DNA of 64,000 nucleotides from a phage. Within the stretch, counting starts at the first letter, position 1; each line of letters starts with the position of its first letter. The stretch is from NCBI GenBank assembly GCA_021469345.1, contig GCA_021469345.1_3049.1; one strand, written 5' to 3'. Below, in pieces: positions 18,367 through 30,612 of this stretch. Position numbers and translations under genes: made by a program. The notes beneath the pieces were generated by a model. It did no database searches and was not told where the DNA came from. It worked only from the letters and a program-made list of their open reading frames with translations.

Positions 18367-21300
18367 CTATTTTAACCTGTGTTGGATTTTCAGGGTCTCT
18401 TGGATTTCCTATATTATCTTTTAGACGTTTATTAACTAAATCTCTAAATTGCGCAAATGTTGTTCCAGATGCATCAAATAAAGGACTCATTAATTTACGT
18501 CGTTCAGACGGCAATTGACCTTGAAATATTGAATTGTTATTTTCAGCATTATAGTCATCAGGAAGAGGATATTTTACACCAGCCATTGGGCCAGGCTCAT
18601 AAATTGCTTCGCCTGTTACTGAATCATGCTCAATTTCACCAGTTGGAGTCAATTTAGCTACTCTATCAGCATATTCAGTAGGCAATCCAGAATCCCATTT
18701 ATAGTTTTTGTATTTATTAATTATAGTCTCTGTATGTTTAAGAGTTAAACCAACATTAATAAACATTGTTAAAAGGGTAATTGCTATAAATCCAAATCCT
18801 ACTGGATGAACAAAACGAATAACGTCAGATTTCCAGCGGGAAGAAGGTAAATTGGATTTAATTTTCATTACATAATATGATCGACTTCTATTAATATAGT
18901 CTATATTGTTTTGAAGCAAATCCTTTCCTTTAACGCCACGAATAATTTCGCCTTCAAAACTAGGGAGTCTTTCTGCTTTAACTTCTTGACCAGCAATTAA
19001 TCGTCCCAAAAGATTATGAATAGTTACGGTCCATTGCAATTTACCATTAGAATAGCTTCTTTCTATATAAGTAACATTACATCTTCCTGTTGCCGTATAA
19101 ATCGTTTGTCCTACTAAATCTTCAGTCAAAGAATCAGATTGAACGATTATGTCATATTCAGTACCAGCCCCAGATTCAATTTCAATTTCAACTTCTTCAT
19201 TATAAAGAACTTTAAAAAGAAATTTGTATGATGCTTCAATTCCTTTAGTAGAATAAAAATCATAGCTGCGTGATTCGAAAAATCTTGCAACAGCATCACG
19301 TTTGTCAGCATTTAAATAAATGTTTCTTTTATATATCTCTGACCACAAATATTCCCACGCATGCTCTTCTCGTGGATATTTGTTACGAATTAAATTTCGT
19401 AAATTGTTATACTGAGTTCCATATCCATCAGAAAGATATTGAATATATGCTTCGCAAAATGCCTCAAAATTCGAATCCTGTAACAAATAAGAATCAGGCA
19501 TCATTGTGCCAATCAATGGTCTTAAATCAGGGTCAGCCAATCCACGCTCTTCTTCTGGTGACCAAGGGGTTTCATGCTCTTGGTTTTGTAAAAACGCTTT
19601 TAAAAATACTTCAGTTGGCTTCCAAATAATTTCGACAGCGTCTCTAACACGATAGTTAAAATCATAGTAAGAAATTATTTCACCAGAGGCTTTATAGAAA
19701 AGCATCCCAGATGCATATTTTTTAAATCCAGTGAATTTAACATTTGGCATTACTATAGTGCAATCACCATCATCCCAGTATTCATGAACTAATCTATCTG
19801 GTGATGTTTCCGGAATATTTTCTATAACTTTGGTGTATTTTAAATCCGCATAAACTACTACAGCTCTATCAGAGTTGTTTATCCAACAGCGTGTGTTAGA
19901 TTTTTTAGACCAGTTAAAGAACGGTTCTGCGTAGTATTTCATTGGTTGAGGAGTAAAAGTCTCCCAATCAGATTTTTCATCCGCTATAAATGCCATCATA
20001 TGATAATGCTTATCAGCTAACCATTCACGAGGAAATTCATATTTAACAGCGCCAATTAACTGATATTTTGCCGCAGTTTCAGGGTCATTAACAACATTAT
20101 CACTTAAAAATTTAAAATTACTCGAAGACAGAGAAACTAATTTACCGTCAGTTGACATATTCGCATATCCGGGTTGAATACGTCTTCTTTCTTCTTCGGT
20201 ATTACCAAAAACTCTTTTCCACGTTTTTGTGTCATGATTTAAAACATATATTCCTTTATCAGCAGAATCAATTATTTTTGATGTTCTAGGATTAGCATTT
20301 AATGTTTCAACTTCACCAATAATAAGAGCAAAAACTTTATCACCAACAGAATCCATTTTATAGCATACTGCTTTAGGATTTCCGGTTATAGTCATAGTGT
20401 CAGGTTCAAAAAGTCTTTCCGAATATGTTGGGGATAATGGATCAGAATCTATAGGTGCATTACTCGTTTTTATGTATCTAACTTTATCTCTGGCAACAAC
20501 ATAGATATAATCATCCGTGCAAGTAATAGCTTCTGCAATGCGGTATACATTAGCTGGCAAAGTCGCGTAAGTGGCAAAAATTTCTACATCAAATCCTAGA
20601 TGTAATTGGTCGCCAAGTTTAGCAAATGTTATATCCTGTGAACTGAATCTGACATCATCTGCTGACCATCTAACGCCAGTCGATTTACGGCCATAGAAGA
20701 CCTTGTCGTATCCTAGAACGTATGTTGTGTTCGCAGATTGGTAATATACTGTCTTAGATAAAGGATATCCTACACGGTCATTGAAGAGCTTTACAGCTTT
20801 CCAAGTTTGTCCTTTATCATTGGATACTTTAACTACAGGTTGATAGCGCTCAAAAAGATATAGAATTCCTTCTGATTCCATCAAATAAACTCGGTTAATA
20901 TCCTTACATACTTGCTGAATAGAACCTTGTATTTCATGATACTCATTTTCACCAATAATAAAATTACTTATTGATGAGACATCAACATACGATGGGCTGA
21001 ACTGGAATGATTCATTCATCAATGCAGCCATTATAGTGTCATTATTAAAATTAACATAATCAGAATTATTAAGAGTAAATTTTTCCTGAATGAATTTATT
21101 AGCTAATTGCATTTCAATCATGTTTTGAAATGTATAAGCATTTGTAGCAAAAGTTTCAAACTCTTCGGTATAGATCCAATCAGACTGCTCAAAATCTTGC
21201 GCAGCTGTGGCTACTCTAATAACGTATGATGTCAATGGGTCGGCATCATCAAAAAAGAAGCTGTTATTTGCAGTATATCCTAAATTAATCCATTTGTATT

Positions 21301-21457
21301 GATTACTCGGGAGATTTTCCCCCGAGTCTGTTTTTGTCTCAGCGATTTCTACAAAATAGTAGAAATTAGCACCAACGTCATCCCAGCGTACTTGCACCTG
21401 ATTTGCGGATAACTTGGAAATTCTGAGACTAGTGACTGAAGGTGCTTTTACTGTCAT
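18359..21457 (-). CDS. 7: Baseplate wedge protein gp7
   Basis: 1032 aa as in T4 gp7. Confidence 0.9.
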   Translation of the reverse strand: MTVKAPSVTSLRISKLSANQVQVRWDDVGANFYYFVEIAETKTDSGENLPSNQYKWINLGYTANNSFFFDDADPLTSYVIRVATAAQDFEQSDWIYTEEFETFATNAYTFQNMIEMQLANKFIQEKFTLNNSDYVNFNNDTIMAALMNESFQFSPSYVDVSSISNFIIGENEYHEIQGSIQQVCKDINRVYLMESEGILYLFERYQPVVKVSNDKGQTWKAVKLFNDRVGYPLSKTVYYQSANTTYVLGYDKVFYGRKSTGVRWSADDVRFSSQDITFAKLGDQLHLGFDVEIFATYATLPANVYRIAEAITCTDDYIYVVARDKVRYIKTSNAPIDSDPLSPTYSERLFEPDTMTITGNPKAVCYKMDSVGDKVFALIIGEVETLNANPRTSKIIDSADKGIYVLNHDTKTWKRVFGNTEEERRRIQPGYANMSTDGKLVSLSSSNFKFLSDNVVNDPETAAKYQLIGAVKYEFPREWLADKHYHMMAFIADEKSDWETFTPQPMKYYAEPFFNWSKKSNTRCWINNSDRAVVVYADLKYTKVIENIPETSPDRLVHEYWDDGDCTIVMPNVKFTGFKKYASGMLFYKASGEIISYYDFNYRVRDAVEIIWKPTEVFLKAFLQNQEHETPWSPEEERGLADPDLRPLIGTMMPDSYLLQDSNFEAFCEAYIQYLSDGYGTQYNNLRNLIRNKYPREEHAWEYLWSEIYKRNIYLNADKRDAVARFFESRSYDFYSTKGIEASYKFLFKVLYNEEVEIEIESGAGTEYDIIVQSDSLTEDLVGQTIYTATGRCNVTYIERSYSNGKLQWTVTIHNLLGRLIAGQEVKAERLPSFEGEIIRGVKGKDLLQNNIDYINRSRSYYVMKIKSNLPSSRWKSDVIRFVHPVGFGFIAITLLTMFINVGLTLKHTETIINKYKNYKWDSGLPTEYADRVAKLTPTGEIEHDSVTGEAIYEPGPMAGVKYPLPDDYNAENNNSIFQGQLPSERRKLMSPLFDASGTTFAQFRDLVNKRLKDNIGNPRDPENPTQVKIDE

Positions 21458-23436
21458 TGTGATATAGGCTCCAAATCGATAGTTAAGTATTGTGGACGTA
21501 AGTCATTTTCAAATACAATCAGTGAACCATCGCGAGTAAAGATAACATCATCGGTTGGGTCAGAATATAATTCAATAGTCTGAACTTCAAATTTTTCAGA
21601 TGTTAAATTAATTTTAGCGATATTCCAATAAATCATGTCAGCTGGATAATTTATTTCACCGATAACATAGTATTTGTCGCGTCCATCAGAATTTGCTAAT
21701 TTGTTAAAATCGTTGCCTGTATATGGCTGAATGTTTTCATTTTCTGTAACATCGCCAGAAGCAAATGGACCAATAATAACTTTACCAGTTCCTTTAGAAT
21801 CTCGGTCTGTTGATACTATACGAACGTCATATAATACATCTTCTTCTAAACCGGTATCAGGATTTACAACCTTTCGTCCAGAATTAAATGAAAACGTATT
21901 AGATTCCATAGAACGATCTTTTATTTGATTATTGTATTTAATACCTGCTTCAGGCGTTTTATAGAAGTTTTGTACTTCACGAACAATTTGAATTGTCGCT
22001 GATGAACCAATGATAGAATGATCTGCATCATCTACATATGTCAACATCTTAGATTTAGCGAAAGACGAGTTAAAAATTTCTACATCTTCGGTATAATAAC
22101 GATCAATTTTATCAATTATTTGACCTTCGAGCCACTGTTCGGATTCTTGCAGCTTATTTAAAGCATATGTGACTTTTAAATTAGTCTTAATAAAAAGATA
22201 ATTAGGAGAAATAATTGATGGCGTAATAGGAGCTAAATTATAGTCTTTGAGATAATTTTTAATATCTTCGCGCTGTACGGTAGTTAAATACAATCCTGAT
22301 TTAGGTTTAGCAGCAATAAATGCATAACCAGGTTTAGTAGAATCAGTGAAAGTCTGAACTGCTTGAATAATAGAACCAAATCTTTCTGAAACGAATGTAT
22401 CATAGTCAGTCGCAGTTACGCATCGTTGCTGAGTTTCACGTTTAATAGTACCCAATTCGCGAATACGCTCAATATCTTCTGGGTCACCGCCGCCATCTGC
22501 TCCGACAAAATCTGGGTCATCGTTTGGGTTTTCATTAATATTGATGACAGTTATATTTGTTAATGTATCTGCGTATGAAAATCCGACTGCGCCGTTCGCA
22601 TCTGCACCATTAGTACTGATGTACTCAATAACAATCGTAGAGTTCTGGGTAGGTTTAAGACCTCCGATATAATTAGCGGTCAAAGCTCCTTCAGAAGCAT
22701 TAACAGAAATTTCACCTTCACCAAAATAGAATTCAGTGTTTCCATCAATAGTTTCACGCATATAGTAAATCGTTGATGTTGAACCAGCATGAACCATTGA
22801 CTTTCTCGTCCAGTTAATCCATTCCGCTCCATCAACATATAATTTAACCTGGTTTCTATCAATATTTTTATCATAAATGATAATAGGTGTTAATTTATCA
22901 TAAATGATTTCAGTTCTTACTATACGTCCCTGGGCCAATTTTAAACGCGGAAAATATTGGTTATTTTTATCACGAATGGCAATAACGTCTTCGGTAGAAA
23001 CGAAGTTATATGGATTAACAGAAGTATCTTTTGCATATGCTAAAAAGCGAGTTCCGCGAGGAATAGTAATGTAATTCCTATTCAATGCGTCGGTGCATGT
23101 TAACATAATTTCGGTCTGCGCAGCGGATTTTGAAGTAGGTAAATATCCGTTATCTTGTGCAGCTTGAACAACTGAACTTCGTAAGTTAGCAGTACGCATA
23201 AAGCTTTCATACACAGCAGCATTACCAAACTGCTGAATGTACAGCGTATTATAAGCCAAAAGGTCACACAGAACGTTTAATCTTGAGCCTTCAAAATCAT
23301 AATCCAAAAATTCATTTTGGCCATTAAGCCATTCAATGAGGTTTTGTTTTATTTCAGCAAACGTACCCCCGACGAATATCTCGGGAATAGCATTTGCTGT
23401 TCTTGTTAATTGATAATTTACAGGGGTATTTGCCAT
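21454..23436 (-). CDS. 6: Baseplate wedge protein gp6
   Basis: 660 aa as in T4 gp6; overlapping stop/start with gene 7. Confidence 0.9.
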   Translation of the reverse strand: MANTPVNYQLTRTANAIPEIFVGGTFAEIKQNLIEWLNGQNEFLDYDFEGSRLNVLCDLLAYNTLYIQQFGNAAVYESFMRTANLRSSVVQAAQDNGYLPTSKSAAQTEIMLTCTDALNRNYITIPRGTRFLAYAKDTSVNPYNFVSTEDVIAIRDKNNQYFPRLKLAQGRIVRTEIIYDKLTPIIIYDKNIDRNQVKLYVDGAEWINWTRKSMVHAGSTSTIYYMRETIDGNTEFYFGEGEISVNASEGALTANYIGGLKPTQNSTIVIEYISTNGADANGAVGFSYADTLTNITVININENPNDDPDFVGADGGGDPEDIERIRELGTIKRETQQRCVTATDYDTFVSERFGSIIQAVQTFTDSTKPGYAFIAAKPKSGLYLTTVQREDIKNYLKDYNLAPITPSIISPNYLFIKTNLKVTYALNKLQESEQWLEGQIIDKIDRYYTEDVEIFNSSFAKSKMLTYVDDADHSIIGSSATIQIVREVQNFYKTPEAGIKYNNQIKDRSMESNTFSFNSGRKVVNPDTGLEEDVLYDVRIVSTDRDSKGTGKVIIGPFASGDVTENENIQPYTGNDFNKLANSDGRDKYYVIGEINYPADMIYWNIAKINLTSEKFEVQTIELYSDPTDDVIFTRDGSLIVFENDLRPQYLTIDLEPISQ

Positions 23437-23444
23437 TTTAAATC

Positions 23445-23738
23445 CTATTTAATGAATACTTTAGATGATGCCTGAGCCACAGTATCACCGCATGATATTG
23501 GATCAGCCATTTGAACAGCTTTCTTTCCGGTGACGTATACCTTAGAAGTTCTAGGTTGTGTCACTCCGCCATGTGTTTCATATGGCTTTTTAATTTCTGT
23601 ATGTTCTGTAATTGGATCACCTGCTACGAGAACAGCAATTCCTCCAGTGAATACTTTACTTTGTGTAGCATTTACAACTGTTGGAGGCCATGCTTCATGG
23701 CCAGCAGTAACACACTTATCGTAACTTAATCCTGACAT
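23445..23738 (-). CDS. 5.4: PAAR-repeat spike-tip protein gp5.4
   Basis: 97 aa, Gly/Val-rich PAAR-like sequence, between genes 5 and 6 as in T4. Confidence 0.85.
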
Positions 23739-24293
23739 TTATGGCCTCTCATACACATAGCTTCTCAGTTTATTAGCCCAACGGCTCCAATTTCCAACTA
23801 TAGTTTTAGTATAATTTTTAACGAGAGTTTTTCTTACTGGAGCAGGAGGATCTGTCGGTTCAGTAGTATCAGAAGATGACCTAGAATTACTGCTAGAACC
23901 TCCAGATTCACTCTGTTCTTGATAGTCATATATTAATGTTACTTCGTAAGTGAATGTCTTCTGGAGATTCTGAGGAGCTTTCCACAAATACAACTGAGTA
24001 TCAGAATCAGTAGGAAGTTCTTCCCATGAAGCAGCAGTTTTAAATTCATCGCCTAAACGATATTTCAACGCGTCATTTCCGAAACCAAATACAGATTCAT
24101 ATGTTCCATATAAGCGATTTTCTTCTACTAAAACCCCAGGAGTTTCTTCGTAACTAGTTATATTTATAGATACTAACGTTTCACCTGTTTCTAATTGAGC
24201 GGTAAAGGTGACGTCGATAGAAGAACCTTCCATGGATTCTCCTAAATCAGTGCTCATTGGAAGTATATTAGCCAATGTCAATCCTCGATCCAT
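23739..24293 (-). CDS. Hypothetical protein, gp5.1-like by position
   Basis: About 184 aa from the first ATG (the listed ORF begins at a TTG at 24296); overlaps the 3' end of gene 5; Ser-rich C-terminal region. Start uncertain. Confidence 0.6.
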
Positions 24294-25995
24294 CAATTGT
24301 GTATTGACCAGATGAAATAGAACTCATAGATGCCATTTTTTCTGTCCAATCACCACCAACGTCCCAATCAACTGTCCCAGCAACTTTCCAAGAAAGATTT
24401 CCATTTACTGTGTTAGTTTGATTACCTTCAACTAAAGTGGTAGCATCTCCTTTAACTGTAATGTCAGCATTGCCTTCAACTACAATAGTAACATTACCTT
24501 TAACTAGAATAGTTCCATTACCTTCAACCGTCTTAGTTTCATCGCCACGTACAAATATTGTATTGCTTCCATCTATTTGGTGAAGACGATTATCCATGTT
24601 GTAATAAATTTCTGATCCACCGACGTTAGTCTTTTTATCACCGGCTACCAAAAAATTACCATCAGCATTTGTTATATCATACAAATTATCAACAGTTTTT
24701 CTTGTTCTTCTCCCTGACGGTGATACTTCTTCATAAGTTCCAGTTGGATGAACTAATCTATATCGTTCTTGCCCAGGGGTATCATCAAATTCCTGAATAT
24801 GTCCACTTTCAGTTTCCATTGTATGCACATAAGGATATTCACCTTTATATGAAGAAACTGGTTCTTTGAATAAAATTCTCGAGTCATTTGGAATAGGAGG
24901 GTCAGCAGGGTCAGAAGATTTAGCTACAGTAGCAGCCATTGCTGATAAAGACCTAGCTGGGGTTTTCACTTCAACACCGTATGATTCCAAATTCCCCGTA
25001 AGAATAATCATGGTAACACGGGATGCACGGCCTTTTGTTTGTTGATACCACAATGAATCACGACCGGCTTTATATGCTTTTTCCCAATCTCCTGCTAACA
25101 TAGCAGTTAACATTGTGTTAAATTTAGCTACACCGCCAACACCCATCTGAAATGCCATATTTTCTAACGCCATTTGACGAGAACGGTTGACAGCTTGCCA
25201 GACTGGTCCTACTTTAGAATGTGATTTAATGTCACGTTGCATATCAGCCAAATCACGCTCAAATAAAGTCGTCGCTTCTTCCATTGTAATAGAACCTGGA
25301 TTTCCTGTAATTTCACGACCAACTTGTTTCGATAAAACTTTATTAATTTGAGCCATATCACGAACTGGCTGCTTCATGATAAGATGACCAATACCAATTG
25401 TCGGATATCCTTCGGTATCCCAATAAACTTTTAGTCTTAATCCTTCATCACGGCGAAGCATTTCAGCCATTGACATATTTGGATTATCATCGGTTGGAAT
25501 CTCTGATAGTGGTCTATCATCGGGATTTATTGCGGTGTCTAAGTTACTATCTTGAATAACGTTAGAAGAGGAATCATATCCTACTTCTCCGCCTTGGTTT
25601 AATACGTTAGTATCATTTCCTAGACGTCTAGGATACTGTCCAGTCGGGTCAGAAAATCCTTCAAGTCTATTAGGCTTTTCGCGAACTATTCCGCCATAAG
25701 TACCAAGGACAATTCCGTTAGTTTTCCATTTGTCTAAAAAATGACCATAAACTCTAGTTCCTTCTACTGGCCCTGTAACAGAACCTCCAATTCCAGACAT
25801 TGCTGCAGAAGTTATAGGTTGAATAACTGACATCCATGGCAATTTATCGGTTGGAATACCCATTACGTCGCCTTGCGCTCTTTGGGGTGGATGCAGACCA
25901 ACCACACGAACACGAACACGACCTAATTTTAATGGGTCCATTCTATCTTCAACAACACCAACAAACCAATTAAGGTTATTACTTATCATTTCCAT
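24268..25995 (-). CDS. 5: Baseplate hub and tail lysozyme gp5
   Basis: 575 aa as in T4 gp5; internal lysozyme-like segment MAEMLRRDEGLRLKVYWDTEGYPTIGIGH; C-terminal VEGN/VKGN beta-helix repeats. Confidence 0.92.
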   Translation of the reverse strand: MEMISNNLNWFVGVVEDRMDPLKLGRVRVRVVGLHPPQRAQGDVMGIPTDKLPWMSVIQPITSAAMSGIGGSVTGPVEGTRVYGHFLDKWKTNGIVLGTYGGIVREKPNRLEGFSDPTGQYPRRLGNDTNVLNQGGEVGYDSSSNVIQDSNLDTAINPDDRPLSEIPTDDNPNMSMAEMLRRDEGLRLKVYWDTEGYPTIGIGHLIMKQPVRDMAQINKVLSKQVGREITGNPGSITMEEATTLFERDLADMQRDIKSHSKVGPVWQAVNRSRQMALENMAFQMGVGGVAKFNTMLTAMLAGDWEKAYKAGRDSLWYQQTKGRASRVTMIILTGNLESYGVEVKTPARSLSAMAATVAKSSDPADPPIPNDSRILFKEPVSSYKGEYPYVHTMETESGHIQEFDDTPGQERYRLVHPTGTYEEVSPSGRRTRKTVDNLYDITNADGNFLVAGDKKTNVGGSEIYYNMDNRLHQIDGSNTIFVRGDETKTVEGNGTILVKGNVTIVVEGNADITVKGDATTLVEGNQTNTVNGNLSWKVAGTVDWDVGGDWTEKMASMSSISSGQYTIDGSRIDIG

Positions 25996-26569
25996 AAGAT
26001 TTCTCCATTATACGTATAAGGTCGTTCATAAATGAATTGATGTCTGATTTTGCTATTATTTTTATTTGACGAAGTTTTTCATTTTCAAGAACAGCAGCTT
26101 CATACGTATCTACCGCAGCAAGTGCTCCTTCATATTGAGGATATTTTCTAGCTTTATCACCTTTGTCATACCAAACATATGGATTATCATCGTATGATAT
26201 TAAATTATAAAATTTTTCACCATTCTCATTCACATGATATACTATTTGGTCTCCACCTACGTTTTTGTATTTTTGTATAGATGCTTGATAAGCAGCTTCT
26301 TGCGAAGTAATCCATCCATAATACGGATCATAATTATCATTACACATCAATAAAACCCAATACAGCTGTGGATTTCCATATATAGCATTTGCTAATTCTT
26401 CCGGGCGTGGTGAACCTTTAATATAATAAGTACGTAAGCGGTATCCCGCAAGAGCACGTTTGAAATAGTCTTTATAGTTTCTAAAAATATCTGTCATAGG
26501 AATAGTCGGCGCGTTTTTATTCACCGTTTTGGCCGCATATTCAATCGGATCAAAAAATGTAAAGAGCAT
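25979..26569 (-). CDS. 53: Baseplate wedge protein gp53
   Basis: 196 aa as in T4 gp53; divergent from gene 4 across a bidirectional late-promoter region. Confidence 0.88.
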   Translation of the reverse strand: MLFTFFDPIEYAAKTVNKNAPTIPMTDIFRNYKDYFKRALAGYRLRTYYIKGSPRPEELANAIYGNPQLYWVLLMCNDNYDPYYGWITSQEAAYQASIQKYKNVGGDQIVYHVNENGEKFYNLISYDDNPYVWYDKGDKARKYPQYEGALAAVDTYEAAVLENEKLRQIKIIAKSDINSFMNDLIRIMEKSYGNDK

Positions 26570-26582
26570 GGGCCCTCCTGTT

Positions 26583-26590
26583 TATAAATA
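26583..26590 (+). promoter_or_regulatory. Late promoter for gene 4
   Basis: Exact TATAAATA on the plus strand about 27 nt upstream of gene 4. Confidence 0.6.
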
Positions 26591-26597
26591 TATTATC

Positions 26598-26605
26598 TAT
26601 TTATA
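26598..26605 (-). promoter_or_regulatory. Late promoter for gene 53 (divergent)
   Basis: Exact TATAAATA on the minus strand about 30 nt upstream of gene 53. Confidence 0.6.
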
Positions 26606-26616
26606 AGGAGAATCCA

Positions 26617-27069
26617 ATGGCATATTCTGGAAAATGGGTTCCTAAAAATATATCAAAGTATAGAGGTGACCCTAAAAAAATTACGTATAGATCAAATTGG
26701 GAAAAATTCTTTTTTGAATGGTTAGATAAAAATCCAGAAATTATTGCATGGGGTAGTGAAACAGCAGTAATTCCTTATTTTTGTAATGCAGAAGGGAAAA
26801 AACGTAGATACTTCATGGATATTTGGATGAAAGATTCTTCTGGACAAGAATTTTTTATTGAAATAAAGCCTAAAAAAGAAACACAACCACCAGTTAAACC
26901 AGCACATCTAACAACTGCAGCGAAGAAAAGATTTATGAATGAAATTTATACATATTCTGTTAATACTGACAAATGGAAAGCAGCGCAATCTTTAGCTGAA
27001 AAGCGTGGAATAAAATTTAGAATTCTAACAGAAGATGGATTACGAGCTCTTGGCTTTAAGGGGGCATAA
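26617..27069 (+). CDS. 4: Head completion protein gp4
   Basis: 150 aa as in T4 gp4; SD AAGGAG upstream. Confidence 0.88.
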   Translation: MAYSGKWVPKNISKYRGDPKKITYRSNWEKFFFEWLDKNPEIIAWGSETAVIPYFCNAEGKKRRYFMDIWMKDSSGQEFFIEIKPKKETQPPVKPAHLTTAAKKRFMNEIYTYSVNTDKWKAAQSLAEKRGIKFRILTEDGLRALGFKGA

Positions 27070-27893
27070 TGGCTATTTTTCAAATAATTAATGAAAGCAC
27101 TCCCCAAGTTCCAAAGGTTAAGCAATCATTAAATGAAAAGAAATGGATTCAGATAGGTCTTGAATATAAAAAGGCTAAAGCAAAAGGAATGACAGGAAAG
27201 CAATTTGCTGAAGAAAGAGGAATCAAATACTCTACGTTTACTTCGGCAATGTCAAAATATGCTTCAGGAATTAAAACGGCTGAAAAGATTCAAAAGCTTG
27301 AATCAAAACCAATGAATAAACTCAATAAGCAAGAAAGACAACTGCTTATGATAAATTCATTCAGACAAACATTGCGCGATAAAATTCGTAATGAAGGTGC
27401 AGCAATTAATAATAAAACCAGAAAGTGGTTTGCTGAAACTATTAAGCAAGTAAAAGGACATAAAGTTGTTCGCCCGCAGCCGGGACGAATATATGCTTTT
27501 GCTTATGATGCTAAACACAAGGAAACTCTTCCTTATTGGGATAAATTTCCTTTGATAATTTACCTTGGTTTAGGTAAGCATAACTTAATGTACGGATTGA
27601 ACTTGCACTATATTCCACCTAAAGCTCGTCAGCAATTCCTAGAAGAGCTTTTAAAGCAATATTCAAATACACCTACTATTACTAATAAAACGAAATTAAA
27701 AATTGATTGGAGTCAAGTGAAAGGATTTAGGGGTGCAGACCAAATGATTAAGGCATATATACCTGGTAATATTATGGGTAGCCTTGTTGAAATCGCCCCG
27801 AAAGACTGGGCGAACGTTGTGTTGATGCCACTCCAAAGCTTCTACTCCAAAGGAAAACGTTTCTCTGCAAACAAAGTCTGGTCAAATATCTAA
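27069..27893 (+). CDS. 2: DNA end protector protein gp2
   Basis: 274 aa as in T4 gp2; ATGA overlap with gene 4. Confidence 0.88.
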   Translation: MAIFQIINESTPQVPKVKQSLNEKKWIQIGLEYKKAKAKGMTGKQFAEERGIKYSTFTSAMSKYASGIKTAEKIQKLESKPMNKLNKQERQLLMINSFRQTLRDKIRNEGAAINNKTRKWFAETIKQVKGHKVVRPQPGRIYAFAYDAKHKETLPYWDKFPLIIYLGLGKHNLMYGLNLHYIPPKARQQFLEELLKQYSNTPTITNKTKLKIDWSQVKGFRGADQMIKAYIPGNIMGSLVEIAPKDWANVVLMPLQSFYSKGKRFSANKVWSNI

Positions 27894-27999
27894 TTCTATT
27901 ATCTTCCATTCTTTTCTGTTGTTTGTTCTAAATGGAATTGAATGGAAGGGACTTAGACCCATTATACCACCAACAGTTATAAAGCATTATGAGGAATAT

Positions 28000-28530
28000 A
28001 TGTCGCAAGCTCTGCAACAAATTTTTAACCAAGCAAATACAACTAACTTTGTAGTATCAATACCACACAGTAATACTACATCTGCTTTTACTTTAAATGC
28101 TCAGTCAGTTCCTATTCCAGGAATTAGAATACCTGTTACTGATACCGTGACTGGGCCGTTTGGACTGGGCCGAGCACAACGTCCAGGTGTTACATTTGAG
28201 TACGATCCACTCATCGTGAGATTTATAGTTGATGAAGAACTTAAGTCGTGGATAGGAATGTATGAATGGATGCTAGGAACTAGCAACTATCTTACAGGTG
28301 AAAATACTGCCCAAAAAACAGGTCCTGAGTACATTACGCTTTACATCTTAGATAATAGCAAAACTGAAATCGTGATGTCAATAAATTTTTATAAGCCTTG
28401 GGTTTCTGACCTATCTGAAGTAGAATTTAGCTACACAGAAGATTCAGACCCGGCTTTAGTATGTACTGCAACGATTCCTTACACCTATTTTCAAGTAGAA
28501 AAAGATGGAAAAATTATAGCAGAAGTTTAA
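28000..28530 (+). CDS. 3: Tail completion / sheath stabiliser protein gp3
   Basis: ATG at 28000 preceded by SD GAGGA gives 176 aa (MSQALQQIF...), the T4 gp3 length. Confidence 0.85.
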   Translation: MSQALQQIFNQANTTNFVVSIPHSNTTSAFTLNAQSVPIPGIRIPVTDTVTGPFGLGRAQRPGVTFEYDPLIVRFIVDEELKSWIGMYEWMLGTSNYLTGENTAQKTGPEYITLYILDNSKTEIVMSINFYKPWVSDLSEVEFSYTEDSDPALVCTATIPYTYFQVEKDGKIIAEV

Positions 28531-28579
28531 TGCTTCAGTTTCATGTGTTATAATCTTAACTAAATTTGAGGAGAAACAT

Positions 28580-29292
28580 ATGAAACTAATCTTTTTAAGT
28601 GGTGTAAAGCGTAGCGGAAAAGATACTACTGCAGATTTTATCATGAATAATTATTCTGCAGTTAAATACCAACTTGCTGGTCCTATTAAGGATGCACTGG
28701 CTTATGCATGGGGAGTATTTGCAGCAAACACTGACTATCCTTGCTTAACTCGTAAAGAGTTTGAAGGAATTGACTATGATCGTGAAACTAATTTAAATCT
28801 GACTAAATTAGAAGTAATTACGATTATGGAACAAGCATTTTGCTATCTTAATAGTAAAAGCCCAATTAAAGGTGTGTTTGTTTTTGATGACGCAGTTAAT
28901 TTCGTAGCATTTAACAAGATTGCTGACGTTATAAATAATATTGAAGATCAATGGTCAGTCCGTCGTCTGATGCAAGCCCTAGGTACGGATTTGATTGTTA
29001 ATAACTTCGATCGCATGTACTGGGTAAAATTATTTGCTTTAGATTATCTTGATAAATTTAACTCAGGTTATGATTATTATATCGTTCCTGATACTCGTCA
29101 AGATCATGAAATGGATGCGGCTAGGGCGATGGGTGCTACAGTAATTCATGTAGTTCGTCCTGGTCAAAAATCCAATGATACACATATTACAGAAGCTGGA
29201 TTGCCAATTCGTGATGGTGATTTAGTAATTACAAACGATGGTTCTCTTGAAGAACTTTTTTCTAAAATTAAAAATACACTAAAGGTACTATA

Positions 29293-29293
<1 letters not shown>
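28580..29293 (+). CDS. 1: Deoxynucleoside monophosphate kinase gp1
   Basis: MKLIFLSGVKRSGKDTTADFI P-loop N-terminus recognised as T4 dNMP kinase; 237 aa. Confidence 0.9.
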
Positions 29294-29990
<697 letters not shown>

Positions 29991-30042
29991 TTTCACAAAG
30001 TTGTTTACACGTTGATGAGGTAGTGATACTATTATCTCATCA
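29991..30042 (+). promoter_or_regulatory. Early promoter with upstream TTTCACAAAG element and stem-loop (PeSL-like), serving ipI
   Basis: GTTTAC -35 at 30003-30008, -10 inside GTGATACTATTA, flanking inverted repeat GATGAG/CTCATC. Confidence 0.6.
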
Positions 30043-30062
30043 AAATTAATTAGGAAAATAAA

Positions 30063-30350
30063 ATGAAAACTTTCAAAGAATTTACTTCTACAACTACCCC
30101 GGTTTCTACTATTACTGAAGCTACTCTTACTTCTGAAGTTATTAAAGCAAATAAAGGACGAGAAGGTAAACCAATGATTAGTTTGGTTGATGGCGAAGAA
30201 ATCAAAGGTACTGTTTACCTAGGTGATGGGTGGTCTGCTAAAAAGGATGGTGCTACAATCATTATCTCTCCTGCTGAAGAAACTGCGTTGTTTAAAGCTA
30301 AACACATTTCTGCGGCACATCTCAAGATTATTGCTAAAAATCTTTTGTAA
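30063..30350 (+). CDS. ipI: Internal protein I (capsid-packaged, injected)
   Basis: 95 aa; N-terminal capsid-targeting leader MKTFKEFTSTT...ITE/A; T4 IPI length and position. Confidence 0.88.
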   Translation: MKTFKEFTSTTTPVSTITEATLTSEVIKANKGREGKPMISLVDGEEIKGTVYLGDGWSAKKDGATIIISPAEETALFKAKHISAAHLKIIAKNLL

Positions 30351-30355
30351 TAAAT

Positions 30356-30410
30356 ATTTCACAAAGTTGTTTACATAGGGTTTTAGTTGTGATACTATTA
30401 CCCTATCAAC
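30356..30410 (+). promoter_or_regulatory. Early promoter cassette (PeSL-like)
   Basis: TTTCACAAAGTTGTTTACA, -10 in GTGATACTATTACCCTATCAA, inverted repeat ATAGGG/CCCTAT; 21 nt identical to the promoter at 48931. Confidence 0.6.
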
Positions 30411-30426
30411 TACCGAGGAGAATAAA

Positions 30427-30612
30427 ATGAAACGTTGTGAATTAATTCGAAATGTTGCTATTGCAATTTCTGCTTCCGCTTTTAGTTTTTCAATGTTTGT
30501 TGGATTTATATGCGGATTATTGACTACAGCAGAAAATGTTTTTTCACTTGTAGTAGCATTTTTAATTGGTTTAATCGCTATTGTTATGGATAAAATTTCT
30601 AAAGGTGAATAA
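30427..30612 (+). CDS. Small hydrophobic membrane protein
   Basis: 61 aa with two hydrophobic segments; follows an early promoter. Confidence 0.5.
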   Translation: MKRCELIRNVAIAISASAFSFSMFVGFICGLLTTAENVFSLVVAFLIGLIAIVMDKISKGE